NCBI GenBank assembly: GCA_041158505.1
Contig: JBEBBG010000007.1
Coordinates: 27,879 to 91,878 of the forward strand
Direction of reading: 5' to 3'
Origin: Candidatus Parcubacteria bacterium
Lineage (GTDB): Bacteria > Patescibacteriota > Minisyncoccia > Phycocordibacterales > JAACPR01
Length of the DNA: 64,000 nucleotides
In this document: positions 59,190-64,000 of the stretch, one piece after another
Layout: the number at the start of each line of letters is the position of its first letter
Position numbering within the stretch: the stretch's first letter is position 1
Program-made: the position numbers and the translations under genes
The notes under the pieces: generated by a model
What the model was told of the DNA's origin: nothing
What the model saw: only the letters and a program-made list of their open reading frames with translations
Databases searched by the model: none

Positions 59190-59606
59190 TTATAATCCAA
59201 AGAAACCAATCAAGATGGTAGCAACCCAACTACATGCAGAAAGCGCGCCAGAAACAAGAAGCATGTGTTGCTCTGATTTCTGAAGCATCGCATATGGCCC
59301 AACGGTCGCCTTCTGCATAAGTTTTCCAATAAAGAGGCCGTTCAATACAAGCGTTGCTACAAATGCAAGCTTTGCATAGAAGAGAGGGTTTTCAAGCATC
59401 ACCGCCCACATTGGAATAGTGATCAGTGCTCCCGTAATGATGAGAAGTACTAAACCAATAGTGACAATCCAGTGGGTCCAAGCTAGTGTTTTTGCCGGAA
59501 GTGTTTGTTTTCGTCCAGTCATATACTGAAACCCCATGTGGTCAGCGTACAAAATGACAGGAGCAACGATAATGAGCAAAACAAGGTGCAATGTAATCAA
59601 GTCCAT
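59190..59606 (-). CDS. 4-TM membrane protein
   Basis: Four hydrophobic helices with His residues; adjacent to the cytochrome b5-like gene. Confidence 0.7.
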   Translation of the reverse strand: MDLITLHLVLLIIVAPVILYADHMGFQYMTGRKQTLPAKTLAWTHWIVTIGLVLLIITGALITIPMWAVMLENPLFYAKLAFVATLVLNGLFIGKLMQKATVGPYAMLQKSEQHMLLVSGALSACSWVATILIGFFGL

Positions 59607-59607
59607 A

Positions 59608-60159
59608 CTAGTTGAGTGAACCAATAAAGTATCCTTCGAGCGTACGTTCTGGTCGTGATTCGCCACCATGTTGCCCTTCAAACGTGCTCGTTCCATCCTT
59701 TCCACAAATACGTAGAATATTTTTGGCACCACCTGGGTGACGTGAGATGTACGCGGTCAAATCGTATACATTGCCATTAATGATTGACCAGCACGACTGC
59801 TCTGAATTATGGAGCGCAACAGTCGCTGTCGTGTATCCTGTTTGTGCAGGCACAGGTTCTGGCTCAGGAGTAGGAGTTGGAGTAGGTGTTGGAGTAGGTG
59901 TTGGAGTAGGTGTTGGTGCTGGAGTAGGAGTCACCACAGGAGTCGAATCTGTGGGGGTCGAAGCTGGTTTTGCAACCGCGACTACTTCTGTTGTAGATGT
60001 CGCGATAGTCGCTGTTGTTGTAGCTACTTCTTCTGTTACAACAACGTCATCAAGTGGTCCATCAAGTGTCTTTGTTGCAAGTGGCGAAACAATAAAATAC
60101 GCACCAGTAAAAACCGCAAAGATAGCAATCACGCTACCAAGTAACCATTTTGTATTCAT
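59608..60159 (-). CDS. membrane-anchored cytochrome b5-like heme/steroid-binding protein with PT linker
   Basis: VALHN...CWSIINGNVYDLT...HPGG...GKDGT..F...H. Confidence 0.9.
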   Translation of the reverse strand: MNTKWLLGSVIAIFAVFTGAYFIVSPLATKTLDGPLDDVVVTEEVATTTATIATSTTEVVAVAKPASTPTDSTPVVTPTPAPTPTPTPTPTPTPTPTPEPEPVPAQTGYTTATVALHNSEQSCWSIINGNVYDLTAYISRHPGGAKNILRICGKDGTSTFEGQHGGESRPERTLEGYFIGSLN

Positions 60160-60179
60160 ACCAATTTAGTGTAACGCCC

Positions 60180-60560
60180 CTACCCCTGCACCTCAATCAC
60201 AAACCCGCCAACTGCCATGCGCTTCATATCGAATGGCATCTCCATTTTCTTGGTTGCATACTTCTCATCAAAGAATGCCATCACCTGCTTGTTCACCTTT
60301 TTTCGGTCTGCCTTTGATGCATACGTAATGTATGAAAACCACACTTCTTCATCTGGCTTTGCTTTTGCCATTTTTGGAAAGTTGAAGGTGACCTGATCAA
60401 GCATCATGTCATCTGCTCGACACTCTTTGTAATCAATCGCACCAAACTTCAACCACACCTGCGATGCCTCCTTTGCTATCTTTTTGTATGCGGCACGCTT
60501 GCTCTTTGGAATAGTGAGTACGAATCCGTCAACGTACATTTCTTTTTTATTTGTTGTCAT
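60180..60560 (-). CDS. DUF1428 (YbaA-like) protein
   Basis: YVDGFVL, MPFDMKRMAVGGF. Confidence 0.85.
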   Translation of the reverse strand: MTTNKKEMYVDGFVLTIPKSKRAAYKKIAKEASQVWLKFGAIDYKECRADDMMLDQVTFNFPKMAKAKPDEEVWFSYITYASKADRKKVNKQVMAFFDEKYATKKMEMPFDMKRMAVGGFVIEVQG

Positions 60561-60756
60561 GTGTCTATAGTACCAAACGATTTCGCACGACTCAAAAATC
60601 CTGTACTTTTATAGAATATGTGGTAAAAATACTCGCGACTATATCCTGCAGACCGAAACGGAAATCTCGGTATTGTGAGGTTCAGTTCTCTCACATACTG
60701 CAGGAAACGCTACAAAAAAACGGCTTTAGAAAGGAGCCACGCATAGAAATCAACCC

Positions 60757-61661
60757 ATGAGCACCCTGAAACTTCACAATGCAACCTGGCCCGGCATCGT
60801 CGGGAAAGGATTCGACGGAGGACAAGAATCCCCCATCTCCCTTGCCCGCATGATCGAACGTACCGCCGCGGCAGATGCTGACGGCGAATCGTTTGAGGGA
60901 ATCGACCTCATCCTGCAAGTGCCCCACATCGACCCGGATGGCGGTGAGGACGAACTGGACCGAGTGGCAGACCTCATCAATGGCGAGAACCTGAGCGTCG
61001 GCACCCTCGCCGCCCCCGTCTGGAGTCCCTACGGAGGATCCGCCATGGGAAGCGCCAAGGAACGCGATCGTTTTCTGGCGGCGGTCAAACGCGCCTGCGA
61101 GATTGCAGGCTTCTTCGACCACCACACGCACCGTACCAACAACGTCATCCGCATCGACTCCGCCGAATTCGGCATCAGCAAGTGGAAACGCAAACCCGCG
61201 GTTTACTCGCAACGCATCATCGATACGTTCCAGGAAGCAGCACGGATCGCCGAAGGTTACGGACAGCGGCTCGCTGCCGAAGGAGAAATCTGCTGGGCTG
61301 GTATGCACAGCTGGCGCGACATGCTCGACATCCTCGAAGGTGTGGACATGCCTGGACGCTTCGGTTTCCAAGCAGACCTCGCCCACACCTACCTCTACCT
61401 CCTCGGATACAACGCTCCGGAGCACGCACTGCTTGCACCCGGATACTCCGACGAGGAATTCTGGTCAGCGTACGAGATCATGACCGATGCGCCCAATACT
61501 GGCTCAAAGGGGCCGGTAAACGCCGCATCAAGCACATTTGCTGGGACGGCTGCATGTTCCCGAACGCAACGCTGGAAGACCAAAGTACCTGGAACAAGAT
61601 CCTCGATACGATGGTCGAGGTACGCTATGCGTACGAAGAAGAACGGAACTCCGATCAGTGA
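60757..61661 (+). pseudogene. xylose isomerase-like TIM barrel gene with frameshift (probable internal deletion) near 61488-61492
   Basis: Frame 1 looks conserved to YEIMTDA ([14 protein letters not shown]); the plausible C-terminus CAQYWL...[11 protein letters not shown] is in another frame ending at 61661 before a terminator. Confidence 0.7.
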
Positions 61662-61742
61662 CCGGCGAACCCATCCGAAAGCGTTCGCGCGTTTCCTGCG
61701 CAAACATTGGCACCGAGGCGATTCCGCCTTGGTGCTTTTTCT

Positions 61743-62198
61743 TTACACGAGCAATGTCGCCACAAACGCAATGATCAAATACGTGATGAGGTTATACGCC
61801 GCGTCTGAGAAAAATTTCTTCCACGCGAGTGATCCATCAACATTTGCCCAGAGCAAGTTCTGTCCAATCATTGGCACGGTGAACGCAAGCCAAATCATGA
61901 CAACATACGAGTAGGTCGCCTCTGCCGGTCCACCAGCATACACGGTGTACCATGTTACGAATCCAATAAAGAATGATGTAATAAACGAGAGCAACATCTG
62001 CAAGCTATACGTCTTCCACATCTTTGGTTTTGCGGCAGCCATGAGCGCATCCTTTTCTGCCGCTGAGAGCTTGTCAAACCCGAGAAATCGCATGTGCAAC
62101 TTCCCCATTGGAGTCTTGTCGTTGTACCATAGTGTTCCGGTAACTGCGCTAATAATCGCCCCGATAATGCCAATGATGATTGCTGTTGTCATGAACAT
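61743..62198 (-). CDS. DUF1761 membrane protein
   Basis: GTLWY...MG, IWLAF, four TM helices. Confidence 0.75.
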   Translation of the reverse strand: MFMTTAIIIGIIGAIISAVTGTLWYNDKTPMGKLHMRFLGFDKLSAAEKDALMAAAKPKMWKTYSLQMLLSFITSFFIGFVTWYTVYAGGPAEATYSYVVMIWLAFTVPMIGQNLLWANVDGSLAWKKFFSDAAYNLITYLIIAFVATLLV

Positions 62199-62227
62199 AT
62201 TGTATCAAAATTGAAGTGTTTTTCGAA

Positions 62228-62479
62228 CTAGCTCGATATGTACTTCAACAGATTCCGTGTATCTTTATCCGTCTCCCAGTACGCGAGTATCTGCTGCCGA
62301 AGCTCCTGGTGCTGCGGGTAGCCAGTATCAGCAACTCCCTCGGGAAGCAAATCCCGGCACTCCACATTCAGCAAAGCGGTCAACGCTTCTTTCAGATCAT
62401 TGTATTTTTGTTTGCCCAACCGTTCTTCTTGAGTACTGCCAAATGCATACCAGGTATAGAAGTGCCAAAGCTTGTGCAT
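62228..62479 (-). CDS. hypothetical protein
   Basis: Short ORF filling an intergenic gap. Confidence 0.4.
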   Translation of the reverse strand: MHKLWHFYTWYAFGSTQEERLGKQKYNDLKEALTALLNVECRDLLPEGVADTGYPQHQELRQQILAYWETDKDTRNLLKYISS

Positions 62480-62625
62480 CGCAGTCCTTCGTGGATGATG
62501 AAGACTTTTTTCATGGGATGTGTAGTAGTGTGCCAACAGCTTACACCTTTAGGTAGGGGTAGTATAGCAAAATGAGGGCACTTTAAAGAAAAAGGGGTGG
62601 GATATTCTTACCACCTCCCACTTGA

Positions 62626-63333
62626 TCACCGAGATCTCCGTTTCTTCATGAAGACATAGGTGACATTGTCACTTGTGGCTAGATAATCGGAGGTATCGAC
62701 ACGACCGGTACGAAACTCCCTACCCGTACCATCGGTGTAGAGTAATGCCTGCCGGGTTTTGCCGCGGGATCCCGAGCGCCTGTACGTGAAGTTGATAGGC
62801 TGATGCATGATAACCAACCCACCAAACAGACCTTCGACCTGACGGAATATTTCAGCATCACTCAGCGCAATGGCCAAGGCCAACTTTGGTGGAGGTACCC
62901 TGAGACCCAGGGTGAGTGCCAGAGACCGGATGTTTTTCTGACTCCGGTCACATTTCGGCAAGGTTGCCGCGGGGATACCCACCGGATAATACCATTTGGT
63001 ATCAGGGGTTTCCTCTGACGCCAACAGCGCCGGCAACATGTCGATCTCGTCATCATGCCAATATTCCGTGGTCTTTCTGTGGAAATAATCCCAGCTCCCG
63101 AATCGTTTTTGCAGATCCGCAAGATTGGTTGGAATATTTGCCGACACTCGTGGAAAATCAACGAGTTCGACTTGGATCTCGAGTTGTGTCGTCACCCGAC
63201 GCGTCGTCGAGCCTACTTGATCATGAATTGTTTTCAATGTTCCTCCTTTGGTTTTCAATTTGGTTCTTTTACCGTCAATAAAGTACCGTGCATTTTGAGA
63301 GATGTCAATATCATGGAGAAAATGATTTACCAT
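62626..63333 (-). CDS. hypothetical protein downstream of tRNA-Gln
   Basis: Open frame ending at a hairpin plus TTTTTCTTT; start uncertain. Confidence 0.55.
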   Translation of the reverse strand: MVNHFLHDIDISQNARYFIDGKRTKLKTKGGTLKTIHDQVGSTTRRVTTQLEIQVELVDFPRVSANIPTNLADLQKRFGSWDYFHRKTTEYWHDDEIDMLPALLASEETPDTKWYYPVGIPAATLPKCDRSQKNIRSLALTLGLRVPPPKLALAIALSDAEIFRQVEGLFGGLVIMHQPINFTYRRSGSRGKTRQALLYTDGTGREFRTGRVDTSDYLATSDNVTYVFMKKRRSR

Positions 63334-63375
63334 CACGAGCTGTGTACCGACGCAACACGTGCTACCTCTTGTTTG

Positions 63376-63446
63376 CTGCCCGACAAGGATTCGAACCTCG
63401 ATAGCCAGGACCAAAACCTGGAGTCCTACCATTAGACGATCGGGCA
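63376..63446 (-). tRNA. tRNA-Gln(UUG)
   Basis: Minus strand TGCCCGA...CCAGG TTTTGGT CCTGG...GGTTCGAATCC...TCGGGCA G. Confidence 0.95.
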
Positions 63447-63462
63447 ATGTTTTTGTGTGGTC

Positions 63463-64000
63463 TTACTCCCCCGCAACGTTCACGAGCGCAAGCTCAAGTG
63501 GGAGCTGCGGCACCGCACTGCGCCCTACCATACCATGCGCGCTTAAGAGTTCCAAGAGTACCGCACTCGTTACTTTTGCACCCGCATCACTCGCAAGCTT
63601 CTTCAAAAACACCATGTCCTCCTCAGAAAATGAGTCCGTGAGCTGCTTCTCGCGAGACGCCGCAAATCGCAGCAAGAGCACTGCACGCACCTTTGCAAGT
63701 GATAGCTCCAGAAACACTTTCATGTCGATGTTTGCGTCTGCTGCTTGGCCAACAGCGGTTAGTCCTTGATCGAGCTTCCCATATGCGAGTGCTGCAACGT
63801 AGTCGTTCACGAGCTGTCCCTTTGGTGCCCCGGTCACACGCTCAACTTCATCGACGGTAATCGTTTTATCACCAGATGAGCTGAGCACCTTTTGCAAGGT
63901 ACTGTGCGCATCTCGAAATGACCCATCACCAAGGAGCGCAATCAAATCCGCAGCGCTAGCCTCGAGCGTACACCCCTCGGCCTTTGCCGTCTTCTTAATC
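63463..64000 (-). CDS. dnaX: DNA polymerase III gamma/tau, C-terminal part, truncated by window end
   Basis: GDGSFRDAHSTLQKV, PQLPLELAL. Confidence 0.85.
   Translation of the reverse strand, partial: IKKTAKAEGCTLEASAADLIALLGDGSFRDAHSTLQKVLSSSGDKTITVDEVERVTGAPKGQLVNDYVAALAYGKLDQGLTAVGQAADANIDMKVFLELSLAKVRAVLLLRFAASREKQLTDSFSEEDMVFLKKLASDAGAKVTSAVLLELLSAHGMVGRSAVPQLPLELALVNVAGE

Noticed and set aside
59855-59935. Tandem GGAGTAGGTGTT repeat as a mobile or contingency repeat
   Set aside because: It simply encodes the Pro-Thr linker of the cytochrome b5-like protein.
63334-63447. N-terminal part of ORF 62626..63447
   Set aside because: It overlaps tRNA-Gln on the same strand and is a translation artefact.

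Overview
Bacterial chromosome segment (code 11) whose gene content (DUF2914, HTH-MurA, tRNAs without encoded CCA, few Shine-Dalgarno sites) suggests Patescibacteria/CPR; this assignment is inferred. The backbone is housekeeping: priA, def, fmt, hpf, murA/B, truB, gpmI, eno, dacA, lexA-like, mscL, zwf-gnd-pgi, an RND pump, tRNA-Gln and dnaX. The main feature is an island anchored at the 3' end of a group I intron-containing tRNA-Asn(GUU). It starts with a large serine recombinase, a C4/CI-like structured RNA, a TerS-like gene and an IetA/IetS-type ATPase-subtilase pair. Then come about 10 copies of a 32-bp repeat (11.2-17.4 kb), mostly separating single promoter-gene-terminator units. The repeat shares GGTTCGA and GGAGC with the tRNA 3' end but with a 5-bp longer spacing, which is the attP-versus-attB geometry of serine integrases. 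On the minus strand it encodes an in-frame alternative C-terminus for the recombinase, and its variation is codon-structured. I interpret this as an integron-like cassette array built by a serine recombinase, decaying with distance from the tRNA. All family assignments come from reading motifs by eye; no database searches were run.
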